The position numbers and the translations under genes are program-made. Source: an uncultured Latescibacterota bacterium (GTDB lineage: Bacteria > Latescibacterota > UBA2968). Taken from it: a stretch of 64,000 nucleotides of DNA. Within the stretch, counting starts at the first letter, position 1. Each line of letters begins with the position of its first letter. Positions 40,358-49,900 of this stretch are shown one piece after another. The notes under the pieces were generated by a model. The model was not told where the DNA came from. It worked only from the letters and a program-made list of their open reading frames with translations, and made no database searches. The stretch lies in contig OY282377.1 of assembly GCA_958295785.1 (NCBI GenBank), positions 3,534,896 through 3,598,895 on the forward strand, written 5' to 3'.

Positions 40358-41796
40358 CGCTGTTCCTCCTGTTTTGCGCGTTCCGGAATGGGGAATTGAA
40401 TGTCGAATCGCGCCCCGCCCGTGGGCGCGTCTGTCACCGAGATGTGCCCGCCGTGGTCTTCGATAATGCTCCGCACCACCGCAAGGCCCAAGCCCATCCC
40501 GCTTTCCTTTGTGGAAACGTAGGGTTGGAAAATGCGCGCGCGATCTTCTATGGGCACGCCCGGCCCGCTGTCGATGACCGAGAGGACCGCCGTCTCCCCA
40601 TCCCTGTGCGTGCGAATGGTGATCTGCCCGTTTTTGCCCGAGGCGTCAATGCCGTTTTCGATGAGGTTGATCAACACGCGGCGCATCTGCTCTTCGTCGA
40701 GTTCGAGCAGGGGCTGGTTGTCCGCCAAGTCGAGGTGAATGCGCGCATCCGGGTACAGGCGAACAACGCGGCGCAAGCTCTCGTTGAGATCGCTCGGCGA
40801 AAGCGACAGAGATGGCATGCGCGCAAAGTTGGCAAATTCCTGTACGAGTGAACGGAGAGTTGTGACTTCTTCTGTGACGATTTCCGTGCAGTCGGTGACA
40901 AAGCGTTGATACTCCGGATCGTCGCCCGCGTACTTGTCGCGCATTTGTTGCACCGCGAGTTGAATGGGCGTCAAGGGATTTTTGATTTCGTGCGCCAACC
41001 GCCGCGCGATTTCGCGCCACGCTGCGATTTGCTCGGCTTCGAGGCGTTTGCGCCTGTTTTCCACGAGGTCTTGTGCCATCTGGTTAAACGATTCGATCAA
41101 CACCCCGACCTCGTCATCCCTGTCGTTGGGAATGCGGTATTGCAAGTTGTCGCGCGCCATTTCCCGCGTGCCTTTCAGCAAGGCGTGAAGCGGTTGCGTG
41201 ATTCCAAAGCCAATGCGAATGCCGATCACGCATGCCAGAACGACTACGCCGGCCGCGGCGACGAGAAAGGCGAGCAAAAAGGCCGTTCGCAAATCGCTTG
41301 CCGCCATTTCGATGTGCTTGTAAGTACGCACGGCATTTCCAACCGCGATGAGTGCATCGAGCGAATGCAGCGCGATCAATGCCCGCTGCGAGTCGGGAAG
41401 CACGAGGGCGAGTTGGAGTTGATCGGTCGCCACTTTGGAGACCACCGGGCCGTGCGCGAGATCCATTTCGACCTGTTCCACGGGCGCGATCCGCAGGGTC
41501 AGATCCTCCAACCCGGCAGTTGCAAACGCGGCGCGTATGGCTTCGCGGTCGCGGTGAGGCGGCGCGGACAAGAGATGCCCAATCTCCTGAAGTTGTCGCT
41601 TTTTCGAGTCGTAATTCTCTTTTGCCAACGCGAGCGCGCTGGTCATCGCGCTGCCCATCTCGACATTGACGCTGGTCTGAAGCTGAAGACTCAGTGCCAA
41701 GAAGTGGCGGGCGAGCAGGGTGAGCGCGAGCGTCGTGCCCAAGGCCAGTCCAATCAGCGCGACGATAATGCGCCACCGCAAGGGGAGAGCTTTCAT
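40354..41796 (-). CDS. Sensor histidine kinase (HAMP-HisKA-HATPase)
   Basis: Two TM helices, H-box LAHEIKNPLTPI, N/G boxes (ENGIDASG, GMGLGLAVV); overlaps regulator by 4 bp. Confidence 0.8.
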   Translation of the reverse strand: MKALPLRWRIIVALIGLALGTTLALTLLARHFLALSLQLQTSVNVEMGSAMTSALALAKENYDSKKRQLQEIGHLLSAPPHRDREAIRAAFATAGLEDLTLRIAPVEQVEMDLAHGPVVSKVATDQLQLALVLPDSQRALIALHSLDALIAVGNAVRTYKHIEMAASDLRTAFLLAFLVAAAGVVVLACVIGIRIGFGITQPLHALLKGTREMARDNLQYRIPNDRDDEVGVLIESFNQMAQDLVENRRKRLEAEQIAAWREIARRLAHEIKNPLTPIQLAVQQMRDKYAGDDPEYQRFVTDCTEIVTEEVTTLRSLVQEFANFARMPSLSLSPSDLNESLRRVVRLYPDARIHLDLADNQPLLELDEEQMRRVLINLIENGIDASGKNGQITIRTHRDGETAVLSVIDSGPGVPIEDRARIFQPYVSTKESGMGLGLAVVRSIIEDHGGHISVTDAPTGGARFDIQFPIPERAKQEEQR

Positions 41797-41912
41797 GGTG
41801 TGTCTCCATAAGTAAGACGCGAGACGTGAGATGGAAGTTTATCCACAAAAGGCGAGTGTGTGTAGGGGCAATGCCCCCGTGCTCGCCCAAAGATACAAGA
41901 GGGTCATCTGTT

Positions 41913-42524
41913 TTATTTCTCGAGAAGATGCGGAAGCGCGCTGGGGCGAAATTTGATCACGTCAACCCATTCGGACGACGGGGGGCTGTCCAGCGAATAA
42001 AAAAATTCGAGATAACTGCCCTTTTCCAAAATCTTGAGCCACCGCCGCGTGCGCTCTTGCTGTTCGGGCGAAATGGGGTTCACGTCTATCCGCATTTGCA
42101 GGGTGAGGGGTACGTTGGGCAGGGGCAACCCGGCTAGATCGAGCCCCTGAAGTCGGGAACACCCGCGTCGAATGTCTTCAAAACGCGGCGTTATCAACGT
42201 GTCTGCCTGCGCGGCTTGTCGGATGAGGCGGTATTCCCCTTCCCATATATCGTGTTCCAAGCGCGTGGTCAGGCCGCGCTGTCCCACCTGATCCCCGCGC
42301 CCGGTCCGCAGGCGAAATTGCACGACAATCGACGTTGTCATGCCCGATTCAATCGCGTCTATCGCCCGTTTGGAAAACAGGGACGCGATAGTCGCATCCA
42401 CGCGAAGCGTATCGGATTGTACATAAATGTAAAGACTGTCTTTCGAGATGTGCTGTGCAAACACGGGCCGAAAGGGTGCGAACATGCATGCAACGAGCAT
42501 CGGGATATGGATGAACCGAGCCAT
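41913..42524 (-). CDS. Secreted/periplasmic protein of unknown function (possibly DUF4390-like kinase partner)
   Basis: Start MARFIHIPMLVACMFA signal peptide; immediately upstream of the histidine kinase. Confidence 0.35.
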   Translation of the reverse strand: MARFIHIPMLVACMFAPFRPVFAQHISKDSLYIYVQSDTLRVDATIASLFSKRAIDAIESGMTTSIVVQFRLRTGRGDQVGQRGLTTRLEHDIWEGEYRLIRQAAQADTLITPRFEDIRRGCSRLQGLDLAGLPLPNVPLTLQMRIDVNPISPEQQERTRRWLKILEKGSYLEFFYSLDSPPSSEWVDVIKFRPSALPHLLEK

Positions 42525-42531
42525 CTTTGCC

Positions 42532-43800
42532 TCACAGACCGAACTTGATGCCGCCAAAGCGATGCGATTTGACGATCAGTGTGCCCGTGTTGATCCCAAA
42601 GCTGATGTCGATGCGGTTGAACAGCAACAAGCCCACGCCAATCGCAGTGCCAGCGTCTCGCCGACTGTTGTCGTTCACAAAGCGACAGACACCGCCGCTT
42701 TCGGCAAAGGCATATATCCGCCCCAGGGGTTTGATAGCCACGGCATAGAGGGCTTCGGCTACAAAAAACAGGGTGCCTCCTTCAGGGCCAATAACGCGGC
42801 GTTCAATCCCCCTGAGTTGGTTATCGCCATCGAGGTAAAAGCGTTCGTAAAAGGGCGGATGCCCCCAGATGCCCCCTGCTTTGATCCCCAGCGAGAGGAT
42901 GTGCCCGGCAAAAAGGTGCTGGTGTCGATAGAGTTCTGTGCGGAATTTGGCGTAATTGGCAACCGATCCCAGCACTTTGGACGACAGGGTGAGGCGGGCG
43001 TTAAAATCCGTGCCATGCCCCCATGGGCCGCCCGTGGATTGCTTGAACAGGTGCAACGCGAGTGTGGATAGTTTTTCCCGGCCTTCGGCCTCTGCAATTT
43101 CATTGGCGAAAACCTCGTCACCTGTGGCAATGGCGGGCCGTTGAAACGCGCCGATTTGGATGGCTTCAAAGGCGTATTTCAAGACGAAATGGTACGCGCG
43201 CAGAGGAGAAGGTTGACCAATTCCCAGAGCAAATCCGATGCGTTCGAGATCGTATCGCCCCCGGATATCGGGGTTTGAATGGCGAAAAATATCGCGATCC
43301 GCAGAAGATCCCCTGACCTGAATGTGAAATGCCTGATTGGTTTTGAGAAAGAGCGGATCGCCGTATCGAAACCCCCAGTATTTGAGGCGTTCGCGCCAAC
43401 CATAAGCCGCGCCGATCAATTTGCCCTCTCCGCGCAGATTGGCGTAATAAGCATCCGCGGCCAGGCCAAAGCCGTCGAGTTCGGAATATTCGAGACTTCC
43501 GCCCAGGGTGCCAAAGCGTTTTTCCCGCACGTACACGACGAGAATGGCCTTGCCTTTTTGCGTGCCGGGTTTGACATTGACAAAGACCGTGCGAAACAGC
43601 AACAACCGCTCGAGCACCACGCGGCAGCGATCCAGATCCCCTTCGCGCAGGGGATCCCCAATTTTGATGGGCAAGACCTGCCGAATGATTTCCGCGCGGG
43701 TTTTTTCATTGCCGCGCACTTCAATCTGTTCTATCTCGTGCCCAATTTGAGCCAAAGCAGGCGCGGCAATCAGGCAGAGGATGGCGAGGTATTTGAACAT
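42532..43800 (-). CDS. Omp85/BamA-family outer membrane protein (single POTRA + beta-barrel)
   Basis: Signal MFKYLAILCLIAAPALA, POTRA-like IEQIEVRGNEKTRAEIIRQVLPIKIGDPL, C-terminal barrel ending ...GGIKFGL. Confidence 0.6.
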   Translation of the reverse strand: MFKYLAILCLIAAPALAQIGHEIEQIEVRGNEKTRAEIIRQVLPIKIGDPLREGDLDRCRVVLERLLLFRTVFVNVKPGTQKGKAILVVYVREKRFGTLGGSLEYSELDGFGLAADAYYANLRGEGKLIGAAYGWRERLKYWGFRYGDPLFLKTNQAFHIQVRGSSADRDIFRHSNPDIRGRYDLERIGFALGIGQPSPLRAYHFVLKYAFEAIQIGAFQRPAIATGDEVFANEIAEAEGREKLSTLALHLFKQSTGGPWGHGTDFNARLTLSSKVLGSVANYAKFRTELYRHQHLFAGHILSLGIKAGGIWGHPPFYERFYLDGDNQLRGIERRVIGPEGGTLFFVAEALYAVAIKPLGRIYAFAESGGVCRFVNDNSRRDAGTAIGVGLLLFNRIDISFGINTGTLIVKSHRFGGIKFGL

Positions 43801-44075
43801 GACAGAGGCACTCGTGTGGATTTTGAATATCATTGGGCAAAAACCGTGCCCAATGGCCGCAACTGTTCTTGGGCAAAAAATAAAATTTGGAAAAACAAGA
43901 AGTTGTGCGTATATATAACGCCAAAGCCCGGGGCGCGTTCTGTGAAAGAATACGACATGTGTATCTTTTTTGCAACAGGATTGCAACATACAGCAACCGA
44001 ACTGGAGACGCGCCATGACCCCAGAGCAAAGTATTTCGCAAAAGAAAATCGCGTAAACGAAACGAGGAGGCCTAC

Positions 44076-45399
44076 TATGTCAAATTTGCAACTCGAATCC
44101 ATTGAATCCTGGGCGCCGCATCCAACCGCCGCACCATTGACAGAACGCAGCGAAGACGCGCTGGCAATTGCCGCGAATGGCACGCGCACCTGCATTGGCG
44201 GATGGCAGGTTGTGTATTCGGGCACTCGGGCCGGCAAAGTGTATGAGATTGTTGCCCATACACAGTTTCAAGACGTGGATCACGCGCGCGATGTGTTGCG
44301 TTGCGAGGCGTATTGGGGCCACATGCCCCGGGACAATGCGCGGCGAAACAACGTGCTGTCTTGGGATTATCTTCTGCCCGAATGGAACGGCAATACCGTG
44401 CAATTTTCGCGACGCCTCACCGCGCCCAAAGGCGCCGACCACCTGACCGTGCGCTATACGTTCCGATGGTCCATCAAAGGCGCGTCCGAATGGCAATTGC
44501 CCAATGTGACCGTACACGGGCAGGGCGAATCGTCCAAACCCGTAAAAATCTGCGTGGCAACGGGCCGGCGGGAAGATCGCAACCGGCGGTTTGCGTCCAT
44601 TCAAGACAATGTCGATCTGTACGCGTCTTTGTGCCGCTCGGCCTGTGAACGCGAAAAACCCGATCTCATTGTGTTGCCCGAGATCGCATTGCAATACGGG
44701 ATTCAAGGCAGCCCTTTGGATTTGGCCGTGCCCGTGCCGAGTGCGGATACAGCACCGTTTTCAGATCTTGCGCGAGACTATGGCATCCATGTGCTCTTGG
44801 GCGCGATTGAACGCGATGGCGATGCGGTGTACAACACAGCCGCGTTGTTCGCGCCCAATGGCGGCATAGCGGGCAAATACCGCAAGGTGCATCTGGCCGT
44901 GGGTGGAGAAATGGATTCCGGCATTTTGCCGGGCGATGATTTCCCGGTGTTCGATACGGCAATCGGCCGGATCGGGTGCAATATTTGTATGGATTCTTCG
45001 GCGGCCGAGTCCTCGCGGATGATCGGACTCAATGGCGCGGACTTTTTGCTGTTGCCCATTATGGGCGATCACCGCGCTTGGCATCCGGAAGATCATACGT
45101 GGGACGCCCAACGCTTTCGCGGCATCATGCAAACGCGCGCGCTGGACAATCAGTTGTGCATGGTGGTGGCCGTCAACCGCGCAGAGGGCAGTTGCATCAT
45201 CGACCGCACCGGGCATGTGCTGGCCTGGAACGATGGCAGTCAGCCCTTTGTCACCGCCGAAGTCGATCTCGCAGATGGCTTCCGCCCGCAAAATCGCGGA
45301 TGCTATCGCAGCATCAACTGGATGCAACGCCGCCCCCATGCGTACCGCGTTTCAGTCGATGAAACAAACGCGGGCGGCCTGCGCCTTGAAGCGTATTGA
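44076..45399 (+). CDS. Carbon-nitrogen hydrolase (nitrilase superfamily) with approx 150-aa N-terminal extension
   Basis: AGGAGG RBS before ATG 44076; catalytic E-K-C triad contexts LPEIAL, KYRKVHL, GCNICMD; the ORF-track 5' extension to 43279 is antisense to the Omp85 gene. Confidence 0.7.
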
Positions 45400-45441
45400 T
45401 GGGGAATGGAACAATCCTCGACATCGCCAAAGGAGATATGC

Positions 45442-45625
45442 CGTGAATGCGATTGACGACATCCGGGCAGAACAAGTCCAACGGCGGGAAAGACAAGCCC
45501 GAATTGAAGGCATCAATGAGCAGATTTTAGCGCGGCTGACGAGCATTGAAATTTGGCAGAGATTGGCTGGTTGTGCGGGAATCTGTCGTCGAATACAAGG
45601 CGGGGCAGGACTGCCGAAGGGGTAG
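45442..45625 (+). CDS. Small hypothetical protein (approx 61 aa, GTG start)
   Basis: AAGGAG RBS 8 nt upstream; followed by a clear intrinsic terminator; no recognisable family. Confidence 0.25.
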
Positions 45626-45654
45626 AGGTGAATAAGCACGTTGCGCCAAAACAA

Positions 45655-45690
45655 AAGCCTCCGAGACGATGTGTTCGGAGGCTTTTTTAG
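45655..45690 (+). terminator. Intrinsic terminator (AGCCTCCGA...CGGAGGCT + TTTTTT)
   Basis: 9-bp stem, T-run. Confidence 0.5.
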
Positions 45691-45775
45691 ATGTCGGCCT
45701 CAGCGTATCCATTGCAAGTTGGGGTGGCGCGGGGCATTCCTAATTCCCGATGGGATGCAGGAACTCGAAATCAAA

Positions 45776-46429
45776 TCAAATGGGTATAACACCCCTTTGT
45801 TTGAGCGTTTCGGGGGTATCAGCCGAGACAGAGATGGCGCCGAGTTCTCTGAGGTGGGCGTTGTCCGGCGAGTCCAAAGCGAATACCGGCTTGCCCTGGG
45901 CGAGCGCGGCCTTGCACAGCCCCTCGGTCTTGCTGCCCGGTTCGGCATGGGCGATGAAGATGTGGTCGGCCAACGCGGCGACGTAGGCATTGCGCCGGGC
46001 AGCTATAGCGACGGTTGGGCGCCGGATGGTGTCGGCGAAAAAGGACAGGATGAGCAAGCGGCCTTGGGTGAGTGCGGGTTTCCAACTTTTCGGGATTCGC
46101 AGGCGCTGGAATCCCCGCGCCGGACAAACGACAATGGACGCCGTGCCCCGCAACAGAATGTCCAGAAATTCTTTCTCCATCGCGGACTGAAAACCGCCGA
46201 TGATCGCCGCGTCTGCCTCTCGGAGTGCCTGCGCCAGATCATAGGTCTTGAGGATAATGTCGCCCGGACACCGCACAGAGCAAAAGAACCCAATCGGGGT
46301 TCTGTCCAGTGCGCCGAGATTGCCTCGTGCTGTGACGACAGGAGGGGTGCCGTTATCCTCACATTGGCGCAACACCGCCGGATAGTCCGCAGCGTCGGGG
46401 CTTAACAGCGTTTGCTTCTCATTATCCAT
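45776..46429 (-). CDS. DprA/Smf-like Rossmann-fold (SLOG) domain protein, short stand-alone version
   Basis: Matches DprA Rossmann core (...AIIGGF...EKEFL..., NAYVAALADHIFIAHAEPGSKTEGLCKAALAQGKPVFAL) but only 217 aa. Confidence 0.55.
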   Translation of the reverse strand: MDNEKQTLLSPDAADYPAVLRQCEDNGTPPVVTARGNLGALDRTPIGFFCSVRCPGDIILKTYDLAQALREADAAIIGGFQSAMEKEFLDILLRGTASIVVCPARGFQRLRIPKSWKPALTQGRLLILSFFADTIRRPTVAIAARRNAYVAALADHIFIAHAEPGSKTEGLCKAALAQGKPVFALDSPDNAHLRELGAISVSADTPETLKQRGVIPI

Positions 46430-46529
46430 AGCATCCGGCTCTCAGCCATTCTCATTGTCCATGGCCTCCAACAGGCGGGCAATTTCCCGTGGCGACGGCA
46501 ACTGCCCTTGGCGTTCTTTCTACTTTTGT

Positions 46530-46567
46530 AAAAACCCCGCGCTGGAATGACCAGACGGGGTTTTTGT
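46530..46567. terminator. Bidirectional hairpin AAAACCCCG...CGGGGTTTTT
   Basis: 5-bp G/C stem extended by complementary A/T runs on both sides. Confidence 0.4.
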
Positions 46568-46584
46568 CATGTACTCCAATTACC

Positions 46585-46864
46585 GCGAGATACAAATTAC
46601 GCCCTGCTTTCGCCGCGCTTAGGAGAAGGCCAGCGCGGGATTGCTCGATGGGCAGTAGCTTCCCATTTGCGCGATTTATTCCCCTTCGACAACCGGATGG
46701 CCGTCTTCACCGCGTTCTGGGATCCTCGGATCTTCGTCGGTGAGGATGGCTTCTGACTCAGTGGGAGGGTCTTGAGTCTCATGGTTTATCTCCTTGAATT
46801 GACCCAAGAGGGTCAGCCCTTCATTTAGCTTGGGATTAGGGCATCAAAAATTGCATCTAATTCC
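46585..46864. repeat. Direct repeat B copy 1: degenerate copy of the 3' end of the protease gene plus its downstream sequence
   Basis: Approx 95% identical by eye to 47345-47634; a 1-nt deletion (AATCCCAAGC vs AATCCCCAAGC) frameshifts the protease reading frame. Confidence 0.7.
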
Positions 46865-46875
46865 GGTAGCAGTTA

Positions 46876-47085
46876 CTACATGTTTGTGTGGTCCGTCGTC
46901 GTTATTGTCTGCGGTTCTTTTGTTGCCGCTCGGTAAGCGTCAAGTCCGCTGTCGGCCTTTTGCCAGTTTCGATAGACTTCCATGACTTCGTGCACGCCCG
47001 GACGCGCCAATGCCGCTTCCAACATGGCCTTCCGGTCTTGCTCCCGCTTGGAGTCTCGATGCTTGGTTGCGTGTGTATCGCTCAT
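46876..47085 (-). CDS. Small hypothetical protein (69 aa)
   Basis: Strong AGGAGGA RBS 5 nt upstream of the ATG; no recognisable family. Confidence 0.35.
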   Translation of the reverse strand: MSDTHATKHRDSKREQDRKAMLEAALARPGVHEVMEVYRNWQKADSGLDAYRAATKEPQTITTTDHTNM

Positions 47086-47100
47086 TTTATCCTCCTATGT

Positions 47101-47316
47101 TCACATTCGTTGTTTGAAGTGTACGCAAAAATAAAATTGGTAGGCGATCATGTCGCGCTTGTGGGCGATGTCTTTGAGCGCGTAAGGCTTGTCGGCGACC
47201 GTGACTTCAACATCCGCTCCGCCGGGGTTCTAGCTGAACTCGTCAGTGAACAGCGTCTGGAGATCAAAGGTCTCCAGATGCTGTTTGACTTTGTTTCTGT
47301 CGAGAGGCGTCGACAT
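47101..47316 (-). pseudogene. Remnant of the N-terminus (approx first 60 codons) of a third PglX-like methyltransferase copy, with an in-frame TAG
   Basis: Translation MSTPLDRNKVKQHLETFDLQTLFTDEFS*NPGGADVEVTVADKPYALKDIAHKRDMIAYQ parallels MNFNRNTVKRHLENFDLQTLFIEELGWDHGGADTEVTIAGKTYALEAIAHKRGMVAYQ; TGG to TAG at 47229-47231. Confidence 0.6.
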
Positions 47317-47344
47317 TTCAAGGGCCTCACAAGGATGGCGGCGG

Positions 47345-47634
47345 CAGAATACAAATTACGCCCTGCTTTCGCCGTGCTTAGGAGAAGGCCAGCGCGGGAT
47401 TGCTCGATGGGCAGTAGCTTCCCATTTGCGCGATTTATTCCCCTTCGACAACCGGATGGCCGTCTCCACCGCGTTCCGAGTTCCTCGGCTCCGCGTTGGT
47501 GGAGTCGATTTCTGACTCTGTGGAGAGGTCTTGAGTCTCATGGTTTACCTCCTTGAATTGACCCAAGAGGGTCAGCCCTTCATTTAGCTTGGGGATTAGG
47601 GCATTAAAAATTTCATCTAATTCCTGCGGTGATT
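47345..47634. repeat. Direct repeat B copy 2 (functional 3' end of the protease gene and downstream sequence)
   Basis: See copy 1. Confidence 0.7.
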
Positions 47635-48469
47635 TTTCAACTTTTAGACCGATCCTCTCGGCCTCATCCGAGTCAATCACAAATCCGTGCTCGGGATATT
47701 GTTCCACTAAACGACGTGCTATCTTTCTCGATTGTTCATCTGTGTGTTTTGATGATAGCAAACGGATCGCATACTCCTCAGCCACTTGCAAAACTCGTGC
47801 CATTTGTGTGTAATGCACTGCGTCAATATTCTCTATTAAGGGCCGTATAAAATTGGCTGTGTACTCAAGGACAGGCGGCAAAATGGTTTCTATCTTTTTT
47901 CCTGTTCGCCCTAACAACAGCAACATAGTTTGATAGAAAACATTGAGTGCAGCGGCATTTAATCGTTCGAGGGTGTGAACCTCGTCAAGTGCCGACATAA
48001 CATTCTCTCTATCGACATCTCTTATTTGGACATCAAGCGGTCCCAACTCGGCATCTACCCCCAAGTAAATTTGATGTGCGCCGAGGGCAAGAAGTGTGGC
48101 CGCGCTTTTGGCATATCGGGGAATGAGTGCTATGAAACCGGCTCGTCGATTGAAAAGCCGAGCAATCTGATAGGCCACTCGAGTATCCCCGCCCGATGAA
48201 TCTATCAGTAGCAACGCTGGTTGTTCTGAGGATATCTGGCTCTTTCTTTCCAAAAATTCATGTTGCAACCCATCAGAAATTGGTTCTTCGCCAAAGAGGA
48301 ATAGCCAAAGCGGTAGATTCTCAAACTGCAATTGAGAGGGCAGGACAGCGTTCAAAGATCTCACGCTCATCTCTTGCAACTGACATAGCAGACGAGCAAA
48401 CTCGTCATCCAGTTCGGCTTTTTCGCCACAATATATGTCAGCGGTGTATTTCCGTTGGTTTTGGGACAT
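47435..48469 (-). CDS. SDH-family / ClpP-fold serine protease
   Basis: ClpP-like active-site context LLLIDSSGGDTRVAYQIARLF (compare ClpP INSPGG), approx 344 aa. Confidence 0.55.
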   Translation of the reverse strand: MSQNQRKYTADIYCGEKAELDDEFARLLCQLQEMSVRSLNAVLPSQLQFENLPLWLFLFGEEPISDGLQHEFLERKSQISSEQPALLLIDSSGGDTRVAYQIARLFNRRAGFIALIPRYAKSAATLLALGAHQIYLGVDAELGPLDVQIRDVDRENVMSALDEVHTLERLNAAALNVFYQTMLLLLGRTGKKIETILPPVLEYTANFIRPLIENIDAVHYTQMARVLQVAEEYAIRLLSSKHTDEQSRKIARRLVEQYPEHGFVIDSDEAERIGLKVEKSPQELDEIFNALIPKLNEGLTLLGQFKEVNHETQDLSTESEIDSTNAEPRNSERGGDGHPVVEGE

Positions 48470-48572
48470 TCGTCTTCCTCCTTATCAGCACGTTTCTGAC
48501 AATTTAGCCGCCTAACCGAGATTTGTCAAGACAGGAACTTCTCATCATGCCTTGCTCGTGCATTGCTATTGC

Positions 48573-48806
48573 TCACCGCCCCATGCGATACTTGATGTCG
48601 TAGTTGATGATGAAGTCCAATTCCTCGTCCGTGAAGCCGTAGTGTTTGGCCAACACGCGGTCAATTTCGTCGATAATAGGCTTTGATTCCCTATGGTAGT
48701 ACTCATAATCCGTTTGCTTAGTTCCAACAAATTTTTTGTTTTCTTCCAAGTGCAGTTCAAGAGACCTGCCAAGCTTGATGAGTGACTTTCTATTAGTTTT
48801 AGACAT
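48573..48806 (-). pseudogene. Displaced C-terminal fragment (77 codons) of methyltransferase copy 1, separated from the gene body by the IS
   Basis: Begins exactly at the IS left end; tail ...IDEIDRVLAKHYGFTDEELDFIINYDIKY parallels the copy-2 C-terminus ...HEIDEWISTTFSIKPERVEEI. Confidence 0.6.
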
Positions 48807-49900
48807 TTAGGACTTACGCATGCTGAGTTAAAAAAGGGTGCAATTCCGTAAAATTTATCACTTTGAGGAGGTATCAATGCGCCACCCGACGCGTTTGGAT
48901 TACTGTCAGTATCTGCTTAGCAGTCCCCTCAACTATACCCTGACCCATTTCGCCGACCATAGCGAAGGGTTCAGTCATGATATGATCAACCGCTATCTCG
49001 CCGGTGCGCGTATCCCACCCCGCTTGGTGTGGGAACACGTCAAAGACCACATCGCGTTGACGCCCAAAGGCTATGTGATCTTTGATGACACGGTTTTAGA
49101 CAAGCGACACGCACGCAAGATCGCGTTAGTGCGCCGTCAATATAGCGGCAACGCCCAAGGCGTCATCAACGGCATCGGGGTGGTCACATGTGTCTATGTC
49201 AATCCGCAAGAGGATCGGTTCTGGCTGATTGACTATCGGATTTATGACCCGCAAGGCGATGGCAAAACCAAATTGGATCATCTCAAGGACATGCTCTCTG
49301 GGTTGGTCTATCAGAAGCGCCTTCCTTTTACCGGGGTCTTGATGGACAGTTGGTATGCGACCAAAACGGTCATGCTACACATAGAGCAGATGCAAAAAAC
49401 CTATTATTGTCCCCTCAAGACGAACCGGCGCGTGGACGATTCGGCAGGCACAATCCCCTACCAGCGCGTAGATAGCTTAACTTGGACTCAAGAGGAGCGC
49501 AAACAAGGCAAGTCCATTAAAATCAGAGGGTTCCCCAAAGACCACAAAGTGAAATTATTCCGGGTGGCGTCTTCTGCCAGACGCACGGCGTATGTCGTGA
49601 CCAACGACCATGCTCAAAACGATTCTTCAGTGGTACAACAGGTGTGTCACCAAAGATGGAAAATTGAGCAATTTCACCGCGAAGTCAAACAAGTGACCGG
49701 GCTTGAAAAGTGTCAATGCCGGTTGGCACGCATTGTACGAAATCATATTGGGTGTGCGATGTTAGTTTGGATAAGACTCGAGCAGGTGGCCTATCAAACA
49801 GGACAAACCATTTATCAAGTCAAATACCGAGGGCTGGCTGACTTCTTGAGACAACAACTCAAAGCACCTCATATTCCAATGGTGATTGCGTAAGTCCTAA
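48807..49900 (+). mobile_element. Insertion sequence (approx 1.09 kb) with 13-bp perfect terminal inverted repeats TTAGGACTTACGC / GCGTAAGTCCTAA, inserted into methyltransferase copy 1
   Basis: Inverted repeats at 48807-48819 and 49888-49900; flanking CAT/ATG triplet appears duplicated (48804-48806 and 49901-49903). Confidence 0.7.
48877..49893 (+). CDS. DDE transposase (IS4/IS5/IS701-superfamily-like)
   Basis: GAGGAGG RBS; candidate DDE residues in VIFDDTVLDK, VLMDSWYATK and RWKIEQFHREVKQ. Confidence 0.65.
   Translation: MRHPTRLDYCQYLLSSPLNYTLTHFADHSEGFSHDMINRYLAGARIPPRLVWEHVKDHIALTPKGYVIFDDTVLDKRHARKIALVRRQYSGNAQGVINGIGVVTCVYVNPQEDRFWLIDYRIYDPQGDGKTKLDHLKDMLSGLVYQKRLPFTGVLMDSWYATKTVMLHIEQMQKTYYCPLKTNRRVDDSAGTIPYQRVDSLTWTQEERKQGKSIKIRGFPKDHKVKLFRVASSARRTAYVVTNDHAQNDSSVVQQVCHQRWKIEQFHREVKQVTGLEKCQCRLARIVRNHIGCAMLVWIRLEQVAYQTGQTIYQVKYRGLADFLRQQLKAPHIPMVIA

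Noticed and set aside
43279-44075. 5' extension of the C-N hydrolase ORF to 43279 (706 aa)
   Set aside because: The extension is antisense to the Omp85 gene. There is a strong AGGAGG RBS and ATG at 44076, and the domain homology starts after it.
45641-46405. 254-aa plus-strand ORF overlapping the DprA-like gene
   Set aside because: The minus-strand frame reproduces the DprA Rossmann motifs. The plus frame has no recognisable features.
46597-46782. Paired 61-aa ORFs (also 47356-47541) inside direct repeat B
   Set aside because: They are out of frame relative to the protease C-terminus that this repeat actually encodes. They appear twice only because the repeat is duplicated.
48566-48877. 103-aa minus-strand ORF overlapping the IS left end
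   Set aside because: It is in a different frame from the methyltransferase C-terminal fragment and crosses the IS boundary. It is an artefact of the insertion.
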